Shown here in pieces: positions 49,532-58,409 of a stretch of DNA of 64,000 bases. Below the pieces are notes generated by a model, which was not told where the DNA came from, searched no databases, and saw nothing but the letters and a program-made list of their open reading frames with translations. The position numbers were made by a program, and so were the translations under genes. This DNA is from Candidatus Sericytochromatia bacterium (GTDB lineage: Bacteria > Cyanobacteriota > Sericytochromatia > UBA7694), in NCBI GenBank assembly GCA_018780035.1, contig JADMKE010000029.1, positions 65,388 through 129,387 on the forward strand, in the 5' to 3' direction. Positions within the stretch are counted from its first letter, which is position 1; the number at the start of each line of letters is the position of its first letter.

Positions 49532-49547
49532 ATTCATCCCATTCAAA

Positions 49548-49596
49548 CAATACTTAGGCATTGACCTAAGTATTGAAATGAACTATACTTAGGTAC
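49548..49596 (+). promoter_or_regulatory. Promoter and palindromic operator, leaderless
   Basis: CAATACTTAGG-N6-CCTAAGTATTG overlaps TTGACC-N17-TATACT-N7-ATG. An extra ATACTTAGG half-site lies at 49585. Confidence 0.8.
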
Positions 49597-49944
49597 ATGA
49601 CTAACTATTCAGAATCCCTCGATTCACTCTTTCAGGCCTTGGCTGATCCCACCCGCCGCACAGTGATTGAGCGGCTGAGTTTGGGACCGGCTTCGGTGTC
49701 TGAATTGGCTGAACCCTTTGATATGGCCTTGCCCTCATTTCTTCAGCATTTAAAGGTGTTGGAGCAGTGCGGATTGGTGACTTCGCAAAAAGTGGGACGG
49801 GTACGGACCTATCAATTGGTTCCGGAGGCCCTCAATCTCATGCGGCACTGGTTGCAAAACCAGCAAACGGTTTGGACGCGGCGTTTGGACCAATTGGATA
49901 GTTATCTCTTAGAACTTGCAAAACAGGAGAAACAAAATGAGTAA
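49597..49944 (+). CDS. ArsR/SmtB-family regulator
   Basis: [10 protein letters not shown] and QHLKVLE..GLV...KVGRVR motifs. Confidence 0.93.
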   Translation: MTNYSESLDSLFQALADPTRRTVIERLSLGPASVSELAEPFDMALPSFLQHLKVLEQCGLVTSQKVGRVRTYQLVPEALNLMRHWLQNQQTVWTRRLDQLDSYLLELAKQEKQNE

Positions 49945-50419
49945 TGGCGTGAATTTTGAATTAAACCCCGAATTGGATCTGGTTTTGGAGCGGGTGGTGG
50001 ATGTCTCCCCCGAGCTGATCTGGAAAGCCTGGACCGAAGCTGAACACCTCAAAAAATGGTTTGTGCCTGCGCCTTGGACCATTTCTGAATGTGAGTTGGA
50101 CCTGCGTTTGGGCGGCATGTGCCGCACCGTGATGCGCTCCCCCGAAGGCCAAGAATTTCCCAATTTGGGCTGTTATCTCGAAATTGTGCCGAATCAAAAG
50201 CTGGTCTTTACCGATGCACTTTTGCCCGGATTTCGGCCCTCAGAAAAGCCCTTTTTTACGGCGATGGTGCTGCTTGAAAAAGTCGAAACGGGCACCAAGT
50301 ACACAGCCATCGCCATTCACCGTGATGCCGAAGGCCGCAAGCAGCACGAAGAGATGGGGTTTGCTGAGGGCTGGGGCAAGTGTCTCGACCAATTGGTGGA
50401 ATACGTTAAAACTTTCTAA
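49937..50419 (+). CDS. SRPBCC/AHSA1 domain protein
   Basis: LDLVLER, DLRLGG and HEEMGF.EGW motifs. AGGAG RBS. Confidence 0.92.
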   Translation: MSNGVNFELNPELDLVLERVVDVSPELIWKAWTEAEHLKKWFVPAPWTISECELDLRLGGMCRTVMRSPEGQEFPNLGCYLEIVPNQKLVFTDALLPGFRPSEKPFFTAMVLLEKVETGTKYTAIAIHRDAEGRKQHEEMGFAEGWGKCLDQLVEYVKTF

Positions 50420-50430
50420 GCGCAGTTTCT

Positions 50431-51024
50431 TTGCATTGCGAACAGGGCCTTTGGGATAATTTGGGTCGAATGGTGCCTTTGGTCAATATTGGCATCTATG
50501 GCAAAGATACCGTGCGGGCCCACAAAAACAAAGAGGCCCTCAACGGCATTGCGCGCCATGCTGAGGGCACAGGCAATAGCCTGGCTATCAGCGGTGCGGT
50601 TTCGGTCGTCACCACGGCTGTGGCCTTTGTGCCCGGTACCCAAATCGCTCCCGCTTTGACCGGGGCCTCGTCATCGCTGGCAGGTGGGGTGGGAGCGCAG
50701 ATTGGAGCCATGGGGGTGCGTTATACGGCAGCGGCAGCGATCGATTCTGGAATTAAAACCGCAGGCAGCACCTTGTTTTCGACCGCTTCTTCGACGGCCC
50801 AAGACTATGCCGTCACAGGGGTTGACCGCTCAGGTGCCAGTGTTGGCAAAGAGAAAATCGGCAGTGGTTATGGCAAACTCAAAGTCACCACCCGACAAGA
50901 TGCCCATGGCCAAGTCAAAATGGAGACCGAAATGGGCTACCAAGCCGCACGGGCCCTGGTCAATTATTTGGGGCCTGCCCAGGGCATGGCTGAATCACCC
51001 CTATTCGGCCTTGTCGGGCTATAG
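50431..51024 (+). CDS. Hypothetical Gly/Ala-rich protein, possibly a 5'-truncated remnant
   Basis: Open frame that fills the gap but lacks a convincing RBS or start. Confidence 0.45.
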   Translation: MHCEQGLWDNLGRMVPLVNIGIYGKDTVRAHKNKEALNGIARHAEGTGNSLAISGAVSVVTTAVAFVPGTQIAPALTGASSSLAGGVGAQIGAMGVRYTAAAAIDSGIKTAGSTLFSTASSTAQDYAVTGVDRSGASVGKEKIGSGYGKLKVTTRQDAHGQVKMETEMGYQAARALVNYLGPAQGMAESPLFGLVGL

Positions 51025-51116
51025 ACCTTGTTTTTTTTGCTGAAAAGCGTATGATGAGTGAAGTTTTAGCAGTTAGCAGCTCTTTAAACGTTATTCAGGC
51101 AAGGAGAACGATTAAC

Positions 51117-51677
51117 ATGGGTGTCTTTTACAGCGCATATTTTCTCAAAACCACTGCCAGCGATGAGCAACTCCGCAAACGCTTTTCCCGTGTTCAAACC
51201 CATCCTGATTCAGACTGGAAGGTCTGTAATTATGGCAACGACTTTGTCGATGGACTCTTTGAAGGGGATGACGATTTTACCCTGGATCTCTCAGCCCGTT
51301 TTGGTGAGGTGATTTTTCTCTGTATTGATTCACGCAATGACCAATTTGAATACGAACACAGCCGTGAAGGGCATTTGTTGCGCAAGCTCTGCTGGAGCTC
51401 AGATGGCAGTGAAAGTACCTGGTTGGCGGTGGCGGGTGAGAGAGAGCCCTGGGAAGACAATAGCCTCTTTTCTCAGGCCAATTTGGCCAAGGCCTTGGAG
51501 ATGCTCAAATACATCGTCGAAGACGAAGGCGCAGACGATTATGAGGAGCGGGCTGAAACCTTGCGCACCCTCTGGGAGCGCAAAGAATACCAGCTTGAAC
51601 AACCCTGGCCGATTGGTGATGCCCATTATGTGGATGTGATCCAAGGGTATTTTGGCCTCAAACTGCCAGCGGCCTGA
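51117..51677 (+). CDS. Hypothetical acidic protein
   Basis: AAGGAG RBS. No family recognised. Confidence 0.65.
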   Translation: MGVFYSAYFLKTTASDEQLRKRFSRVQTHPDSDWKVCNYGNDFVDGLFEGDDDFTLDLSARFGEVIFLCIDSRNDQFEYEHSREGHLLRKLCWSSDGSESTWLAVAGEREPWEDNSLFSQANLAKALEMLKYIVEDEGADDYEERAETLRTLWERKEYQLEQPWPIGDAHYVDVIQGYFGLKLPAA

Positions 51678-51687
51678 GGTCGGCCCC

Positions 51688-52599
51688 ATGCCTGAACCCA
51701 ATCACCCGGCGCTCAAGAAAATTTTGACCAAAGTAGGTAATCCTGACTTGGTCGAACAACTGGCAGATACCCTCAGCCCAGGAGAATTGAGCAGTTTGCT
51801 GCTGGAGGTCTACCGCCAAAAAATCGCCAAATTGCGTCCGGCGGATCTTCTGGCGGGCCTGTCTCAGAATCGCTTGGTTGTGCCCACAGCCTTGGATCCC
51901 CTGATTCTTAAAGCCGGGGAGTTGGATGCGCTCAAATTGGCTGTTGCATTGGGCTTTCATCCGATTGAATTGGGGCCCGTGACCCCTTTGGGTTCGTCTG
52001 CGGTCTACGGACGCATCAACCAAAACAACGTGCTTTCAGCCCTGCGCAATTGTGAAGTGATCGCCGATCCCAGCAATTTGCTCTGCCTGCTCATGGCCGC
52101 TGAACAATTGCAGTCCAAAACACCCGAACTCCATTGGATTTGCTCTCACCGCACCTTGCGAACGGCTTTGTTTGAAGGACCGGGGCGCTATGCCCATTTT
52201 CAGATGTTGGCGGCCTGTTCGCTTGTGCAGACCCGAGCGACGGAACCTGTGCTCGAAGCGGTCTTAAAACATCTGGTTTTACAAAAGGCCCTGTTTCAAC
52301 ATTTTGGCTTGCACGACATGAGTCTCAAATTTTGGCTCAAATCTGCACGCAAACAGGTGGGTTTGGCCCTCTGGGAGTGTTTGCAAAACAGTGGCGAATT
52401 TCAGGCAGAATTGCAATCCGAAACAGGCACTGACTATTACCAGGGTTTTCAGATCAAGACCTATGCCCGCTTCGGGGAACAAACCTTGGAGTTGGCGGAT
52501 TGCGGCTTGGTGCCCTGGGCGGCAGAATTGCGGGGGGATCGGCATTTAAATTGTCTGATCAGTGGTGTGGGTTTGGAACGCATCTTGATGTTTACTTGA
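51688..52599 (+). CDS. Hypothetical protein with class II aaRS-like catalytic motifs
   Basis: GFHPIELGP, R..R...HFQ, DYYQG, LADCG and terminal GVGLERI. Confidence 0.55.
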   Translation: MPEPNHPALKKILTKVGNPDLVEQLADTLSPGELSSLLLEVYRQKIAKLRPADLLAGLSQNRLVVPTALDPLILKAGELDALKLAVALGFHPIELGPVTPLGSSAVYGRINQNNVLSALRNCEVIADPSNLLCLLMAAEQLQSKTPELHWICSHRTLRTALFEGPGRYAHFQMLAACSLVQTRATEPVLEAVLKHLVLQKALFQHFGLHDMSLKFWLKSARKQVGLALWECLQNSGEFQAELQSETGTDYYQGFQIKTYARFGEQTLELADCGLVPWAAELRGDRHLNCLISGVGLERILMFT

Positions 52600-52650
52600 A
52601 GGTCTTCTCTGCTAAAATGAAGCACCTTCACACGAAAAGAGTGCAACCTT

Positions 52651-53106
52651 GTGAACATATTAAAGCTGAAAACGGTTACGTTTCTTTTGCCCGCTTTGGT
52701 CTCTCTGAGTTTGCTGTCTTTCCCCGCCTGGGCGACATCTCCCCCCCCTTGGCAGACAGAAACCGTCACTGAAACCGTGGCCAAATTGCCCAAAGGCAGC
52801 ACCGTTAAAACCTATGTCAGCCCCGATAAAAAGCGCCAGTTGATCCTGCGCGATGAAGGCAATCACGGCGATTTTTTCTATTACGCCTATTATTTTTTTG
52901 ATGGCAAAAAATACCACCACATTCAGACCTATGTGGCCCGTGGCAAAGAGCCCGTGGTGAGCTGGAAAAAAGATTACCTGAGTTTTGAAGCTGCCACCCC
53001 GATTGGGCCAGAGCAAATCCAGGTCATGACCGTCGAGTATTATTATGCCAAAAAGCAATTGCGTTACAAGGTACTCAAAACCGAAGCGATGCAACACACC
53101 GGGTAA
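52651..53106 (+). CDS. Hypothetical secreted protein
   Basis: Signal-peptide-like N-terminus ending AWA. Confidence 0.65.
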   Translation: MNILKLKTVTFLLPALVSLSLLSFPAWATSPPPWQTETVTETVAKLPKGSTVKTYVSPDKKRQLILRDEGNHGDFFYYAYYFFDGKKYHHIQTYVARGKEPVVSWKKDYLSFEAATPIGPEQIQVMTVEYYYAKKQLRYKVLKTEAMQHTG

Positions 53107-53188
53107 GAACAGGTTTTCGTTTCAAGGGGTTGGGTTTCTTGCGAAGCGACTGTGCCCGAAAACAGAACCCCTCCTTGCTGTCTAAAAT

Positions 53189-54538
53189 CTATTCCCTCCC
53201 AGCCCAATGGGTTTGCCCATTTTGCTCCAGATTCAGACCTGTGATTTTGCCCTTGTCGTCGCTTTGAAAGGTCAAAGTGGCTTCCACGGCTTGGTATTTA
53301 AATTGGTGGGCCTTGTCTGTCGGGAAAATCCGCAGTGTGGGCTGCCCTGTGAGCTGGGCCTGTAAATACCCCGCTGCCTGGGTAATTGTAAAAAATATAC
53401 CTGGCGCGAGTTGGTATTGGCCAGTATAGTTTTCGAGTGTGGCAGTGGGTCTGCGCAGGTCTGTGATTTTGCGCAATGGGGAATTGGGGTTGAGCAAATG
53501 TAAGCCGAGATCTTCGACTGCATCGGTATTGTTGGTTAAGACGACAGCGCCTTTGCCCTGTTTGAGGTCGAGGCCAATAAAACTCAGCGACCCGCCTGTT
53601 TGGCCATTGTGAAAGTGCAAGGTACTGCCTTTGTATTCAATGACGTGCCAAGCATAAGCCACATGCGGTTTGTCTTCACCGGGCAGGCGCATCTGACTGC
53701 GTTGGATCGCCTTGCCCAGGGGGGTGGGTGGCGGAGTTAATTGGGCCTGTAAAAAGCGGGCCATGTCTTCGGCATTTGAGCGCAAGGCCCCGGCCCCTGC
53801 CGTGACCTCGGAAAAGGTCCAAGCAGGCACGGCAATGCCATCAAAATGGGGCTGGGCCAAAAAATGGGGCGGTACAGGAGCGGCAGTGCCTGTCGACTTC
53901 ATGCCCAGGGGTGAAAACAGATCGCGGCTTAAAAGGGTATTGTAATTGGGGCTGCCACTCAGGGGGGCTTCCAAAGCACCCAAGAGGCCATAAGCCAGAT
54001 TTGAATAGCTATAAGCAGCGGGTGTTTTTTCGGGGGAAAAGCCTGACAAAAACGCTATTAATTTCTCTGAAGAATAATCCTGGTAAGGGTCATCTGGATT
54101 GGCGGGGGCAAAATTTGCGGGCAAACGTGGCAGGCCCGAGCGGTGAGCCAACAGCGACTGCAGGGAGATGTTTTCCAGGGCAGTGGGCAAAACACCCCAG
54201 TTGCTGGGCCAAAAGGCCTTGAGATTTTGTTCGGGGCTGAGTTTTTTTTGTTCGATCAAGAGCGCCGCTTCGAGGGCTGTAAAAATTTTGCTCAAACTGC
54301 CCAATTCAAAGGATGTTTGTGCCGTAATGGTCTCTGATTGGGGGTTTAAATTGCGTCTGCCCCAGGTTTGAATCACCGGGGCCTGTCCTTTTTCGAGGTA
54401 GACAATCGCCAGAGCTGGATTGAGGCCATACTCTACCCGTTGGGCCGCCGAGGACATAATTTCTGGAGGCAGATTTGCCGCCAGGGCGGATGTGGAGAAC
54501 TGCAGGCCAAAGAAAAAGGTCAAAAGTGTTTTTTTCAT
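53189..54538 (-). CDS. Serine hydrolase (beta-lactamase-related) with DUF3471-like C-terminus
   Basis: GSLSK (SxxK), YSN and HNG motifs. Signal peptide. Confidence 0.9.
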   Translation of the reverse strand: MKKTLLTFFFGLQFSTSALAANLPPEIMSSAAQRVEYGLNPALAIVYLEKGQAPVIQTWGRRNLNPQSETITAQTSFELGSLSKIFTALEAALLIEQKKLSPEQNLKAFWPSNWGVLPTALENISLQSLLAHRSGLPRLPANFAPANPDDPYQDYSSEKLIAFLSGFSPEKTPAAYSYSNLAYGLLGALEAPLSGSPNYNTLLSRDLFSPLGMKSTGTAAPVPPHFLAQPHFDGIAVPAWTFSEVTAGAGALRSNAEDMARFLQAQLTPPPTPLGKAIQRSQMRLPGEDKPHVAYAWHVIEYKGSTLHFHNGQTGGSLSFIGLDLKQGKGAVVLTNNTDAVEDLGLHLLNPNSPLRKITDLRRPTATLENYTGQYQLAPGIFFTITQAAGYLQAQLTGQPTLRIFPTDKAHQFKYQAVEATLTFQSDDKGKITGLNLEQNGQTHWAGRE

Positions 54539-54723
54539 TGGGACATCACTTTCTATTTAAGCCCGTTGTACACATAAAAAATACATAAAACGGCCAGTAT
54601 TTACAAAAAAACAGCCCGTTCATTGTATCACCAAAGCACCTGTAAACGCCTTGTCCAATCAAGCCTGCGCGGGGGATACTGCTAGCAACTCAATCTTGAC
54701 CGAACACAGGAGCACTTGGTTTC

Positions 54724-55158
54724 ATGGCCCAACTCTATCTCTGGCTCAAAGCCTTTCACATTATTGCCGTGGTGGCCTGGTTTGCGGGCCTCTTTTATAT
54801 CTTCAGGCTCTACGTTTACCATATCGAAGCCACTTCCGACGAAGTCAAACAGACCCTTGCTGTAATGGAGCGCAAATTGCTGCGCATTATTATGAATCCC
54901 GCAATGATGGTGGCATTGTTGTTGGGCTGTGGCCTGATTGCCACCCGTTGGCCCGTGATTATGAAGAGCGGCTGGTTTCATGTAAAATTGCTGTTTGTGA
55001 TTGGCTTGATGGGCTATCACCATTACGCCGCCAAGGTGCGCAAACAGCTGGAAGCAGGCAGCTGCAAGCTGACTTCTAAACAGGCCCGGCTGATCAATGA
55101 ATTGCCCACACTGGTCCTCTTTGTGGTGGTGATTCTGGCCGTGGTGAAGCCGTTTTAA
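54724..55158 (+). CDS. hemJ: Protoporphyrinogen oxidase HemJ
   Basis: KAFHII..VAWFAGLFY..RL.VYH, MERKL, WFHVK and NELPT...VVKPF motifs. Confidence 0.93.
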   Translation: MAQLYLWLKAFHIIAVVAWFAGLFYIFRLYVYHIEATSDEVKQTLAVMERKLLRIIMNPAMMVALLLGCGLIATRWPVIMKSGWFHVKLLFVIGLMGYHHYAAKVRKQLEAGSCKLTSKQARLINELPTLVLFVVVILAVVKPF

Positions 55159-55172
55159 AGGAGTGCAATTGA

Positions 55173-55619
55173 ATGAAATGTTTTTATCACCCAGAAAAAG
55201 ATGCCTTGGGCACTTGTAAGAATTGCTGCAAAGGCATTTGTGGAGAATGCATCATAGATGTCGGTAATGGGATCGCCTGTGATGATGCCTGTAGGGACGC
55301 AGTAAACCAGGTCAACGCATTGGTTGACTATAATAAAGAACAGCTGAAAAATATCCCTAAAAGCATGAGTTTTATTACGAACACGGGAGATATAAATAAA
55401 AATTCATATTTGTTTAATGCCTATTTTTTGCTTTCCTTAGGCCTCATCATTATTGTCCTCAATATCTATTTGTTTGTTAAAAACAACCAGATTGGATTTT
55501 CGTTTGTATGGATGGGAACAATTGGTATAATTTTTATATTATTTTCTTTTTTTTCATTTCGGAATGCAAAAAAGGTAGGAAACGCCTTTGCAGCAATCAT
55601 AACCGATGAAGAAAAATAA
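55173..55619 (+). CDS. AT-rich B-box-like zinc finger protein with two TM helices
   Basis: MKCFYH...C..C...IC..C N-terminus and AAGGAG RBS. Confidence 0.7.
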   Translation: MKCFYHPEKDALGTCKNCCKGICGECIIDVGNGIACDDACRDAVNQVNALVDYNKEQLKNIPKSMSFITNTGDINKNSYLFNAYFLLSLGLIIIVLNIYLFVKNNQIGFSFVWMGTIGIIFILFSFFSFRNAKKVGNAFAAIITDEEK

Positions 55620-55725
55620 AAACTGGGCAATGGGTCCAATCATAAATCAAACTTTTCTTCTGATTATCAGAGTATTTCAGCCTGTGTTATTCTGAAACTA
55701 CAGCACACTTGATAAAAAGCAGCCC

Positions 55726-56151
55726 ATGAAACCCTATTCCGAAGACCTACGCATTCGCGTCCTTCAGGCCTACCTCAACAAGCAAGGCTCCATGCGGGCG
55801 ATTGCCGCCCGTTTTGAAGTGAGCCTGAGTTTTGTGTTGGCGCTGGTCAAACAGTACCGTGAAAAGGGCAGCATCGAACCCAAACCCCGAGGGGGTGGGC
55901 AAAAGCTGCGTGTCGATGACGATGGCATGGACCTGCTTTCACAAATCATTCACGATTATCCCCAGGCCACCCTGCAAGATCTCTGTGAACGCTTTGCCGA
56001 GGCCTCGCAGATCCAGCTCAGTATTGCCACCATGAGCCGCTGTGTGAAGCGCCTGCAGAGCAAAAATACACGTGCCATTTCGCCCCGCCGCCGGGGCCGC
56101 CCCCCGCGCAAACTCAAACCACCGCTCAATCCGCAGAAAGACACCCTGTGA
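55726..56151 (+). CDS. IS630-transposase-derived HTH protein without DDE domain
   Basis: PYSEDLRIRV, IAARFEVS.SFV, PKPRGGG, PQATL.DL and S.ATMSR match IS630 OrfA. Ends in RRRGRPPRK. GTGA overlap with mvaD. Confidence 0.78.
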   Translation: MKPYSEDLRIRVLQAYLNKQGSMRAIAARFEVSLSFVLALVKQYREKGSIEPKPRGGGQKLRVDDDGMDLLSQIIHDYPQATLQDLCERFAEASQIQLSIATMSRCVKRLQSKNTRAISPRRRGRPPRKLKPPLNPQKDTL

Positions 56152-57179
56152 CAATTTCTCTGAAAAGTGCCTTGGCCCAGGCCCACAGCAATATTGCCCT
56201 GATCAAATACTGGGGCAAACGCGACGAGGCTCTCAAATTGCCCCAAAATGGCAGCATTTCACTGACCCTCGATGCACTGTGGACCCGCACCCGTGTGACC
56301 TACAGCGAATCAAATGGGCCCGATCAGCTCTGGCTCAACGGGCAATTGGCAAGCGAACCCATGCGCCTCAAAGTTCAGCGTTTGCTCGATTTGCTGCGCG
56401 AAAAAGAAGCCAGCTCCAGCGGGACTCCTCTTGGTGCCGCCAAGATCGAAAGTGAGAATAATTTCCCCACCGGAGCCGGTTTGGCCAGCTCGGCATCGGG
56501 CTTTGCGGCCTTGGCACTGGCGGCAACTGCTGCCGCAGGTCTTGAACTCTCTCGCCCAGCACTCTCTCGTCTGGCCCGTCAGGGCTCAGGCTCGGCCTGT
56601 CGCTCGCTTTATGGTGGCTTTGCCGAGTGGCAGCGCGGAGAATCTGCCGATGGTTCTGATTCTTTTGCTATTTCAATTGACGAAACTCCCGACTGGGATC
56701 TCTGTATGGCCGTGTTGGTTTTAAACGATTTGCCCAAGGCTCTGTCTTCGGGCGACGGCATGGCTCAAACCGTCGCAACCTCGCCCCTGTATCCTGCCTG
56801 GTTGGCCTCGATAGACGAAGATCTGACACATATGCGACAGGCGATTGCCTCCCGCGATTTTAGCGCTCTGGGTGAGCTGATGGAACACAATGCGCTGAAA
56901 ATGCACGCCACAGCCCTGGCCTCGCGCCCGGCGGTGATCTATTGGATGCCTTTAACCTTGGAATTATTGGCGCGGATTCGGGACTTGCGGCAATCTGGAT
57001 TGGAATGTTATGCCACAATTGATGCCGGGCCCAACCTCAAGGTATTGATGCAAGAGCGCGATTGGCCCCGTTTTCAGGCTGCTCTGGCCCATTGGCACGA
57101 ACTCAAGGCCCTTATCCCCTGTCGACCAGGGCCGGGTGCGTTTCTTGTACCAGACGCTTTGGCTGGGCAAATGCCATGA
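56148..57179 (+). CDS. mvaD: Diphosphomevalonate decarboxylase
   Basis: NIALIKYWGK, NNFPTGAGLASSASG, GSGSACRS and TIDAGPN motifs. Confidence 0.96.
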   Translation: MTISLKSALAQAHSNIALIKYWGKRDEALKLPQNGSISLTLDALWTRTRVTYSESNGPDQLWLNGQLASEPMRLKVQRLLDLLREKEASSSGTPLGAAKIESENNFPTGAGLASSASGFAALALAATAAAGLELSRPALSRLARQGSGSACRSLYGGFAEWQRGESADGSDSFAISIDETPDWDLCMAVLVLNDLPKALSSGDGMAQTVATSPLYPAWLASIDEDLTHMRQAIASRDFSALGELMEHNALKMHATALASRPAVIYWMPLTLELLARIRDLRQSGLECYATIDAGPNLKVLMQERDWPRFQAALAHWHELKALIPCRPGPGAFLVPDALAGQMP

Positions 57180-58291
57180 AGTCGCTCAAATTGCGGGTGC
57201 CGGGCAAATTGTTTTTATTGGGCGAATATGCCATTTTAGAGCCTGGCAGTCAGGCTTTGCTCTTGAGTTTTCAACGCTATTTACAGGCCGAAATTGCCCC
57301 CGCTGAGCAGTTTTGGCTGCAAACAGATTTGTTGCCAGGTGCCGTAAATGGCTTTGGTTATGAACAGGGGCAGATTGTCTGGCAAACCCCTGAAGCAAGG
57401 CCCTCTGAAAAACTCAATTTTGTGGGCGAGGCCCTGCAGTGGGCCTTTGCCTATCTCGAAAGTCTGGAGCGAAGACCCAGGCCCTTTCGATTGCAGCTGC
57501 ACTCAGATCTACACAGCAGCGGGGCCAAACTCGGGCTGGGCAGCAGTGCCGCTGTCACCGTGGCCGTTTTGGCAGCCGTGCTGGCCTTTCATGGCGAGGC
57601 ATTTGAAAGCCACGAAGCCCGTTTAAAATTGTTTAAACTCGCAACCCTGGCCCACAGTGGATCTCAGAGGGGATCTCAGGGCGGCGGCAGTGGTGCCGAT
57701 CTGGCCGCTGTCATCTTTGGCAGTGTGACCTGTTACCGGCGCTATGACGCCTCTTGGCTCAAACCCGGTTCTGTGTCTTTGAACAAGCTGCTGGAAGTGA
57801 ATTGGCCCTTGCTCGGGATCGAAAAACTGCCCTGGCCTGCAGATTTGGGCCTGAAAGTGGGCTGGACAGGTCTGCCCGCCGCTACCCTGGATTTTCTCGA
57901 AGAGATCAGCTACCTCAAAGAAAAAGACCCTGAGGGCTGGATGCGCTTTCTCTTCAGTGCCAATGCGGCGACCGCTGCGGCCCGCTCTGCTCTCATTGAG
58001 GGGCAGAATGCCCCCCTCTTGCAAGCTGTGGGCCAATACCGCCACCTCTTGCAAGAACTGCAAATGGAGTTTCTCTCTCCGATAGAGACCCCGGCCCTGG
58101 TGGCTTTAAGTGATTCAGCTGAGGCCCTGGGCTTGGCCGCCAAGTCTTCGGGCGCGGGCGGCGGAGACTGTGGCCTGGCCCTCGGAGACCCCGCACTTGT
58201 GGATTCCGTTTCTGAACGCTGGCGCTCGCAAGGTGTTGAACCACTTGAATTGGCTTTGGACTTTCAGGGCCTCTGTCTGGAAGAGGGCTGA
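57176..58291 (+). CDS. Phosphomevalonate kinase (GHMP family)
   Basis: PGKLFLLGEYA, KLGLGSSA, GSGADLAA and KSSGAGGGDCG motifs. ATGA overlap with mvaD. Confidence 0.9.
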   Translation: MKSLKLRVPGKLFLLGEYAILEPGSQALLLSFQRYLQAEIAPAEQFWLQTDLLPGAVNGFGYEQGQIVWQTPEARPSEKLNFVGEALQWAFAYLESLERRPRPFRLQLHSDLHSSGAKLGLGSSAAVTVAVLAAVLAFHGEAFESHEARLKLFKLATLAHSGSQRGSQGGGSGADLAAVIFGSVTCYRRYDASWLKPGSVSLNKLLEVNWPLLGIEKLPWPADLGLKVGWTGLPAATLDFLEEISYLKEKDPEGWMRFLFSANAATAAARSALIEGQNAPLLQAVGQYRHLLQELQMEFLSPIETPALVALSDSAEALGLAAKSSGAGGGDCGLALGDPALVDSVSERWRSQGVEPLELALDFQGLCLEEG

Positions 58292-58409
58292 TTCGGCTCT
58301 TTCACCTGTTCTGACTGCGTGTTAAAATGGAGCGTCCCGGCAAAAGGGTGGGCTTTTAAACCCCATAATTAAATTATTTCACTTATAACCACAGCATTGA
58401 GGAAAGTTT

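Noticed and set aside
19787-54538. APH, CPT-like kinase, VOC and serine hydrolase as an antibiotic-resistance island
   Set aside because: These are broad families with mostly non-resistance members, and they are scattered with no mobile-element context.
55726-56455. Active IS630 element with a programmed frameshift
   Set aside because: Only A5 remains at the expected slip site, there is no DDE domain in other frames, no terminal repeats were found, and the downstream DNA is mvaD.
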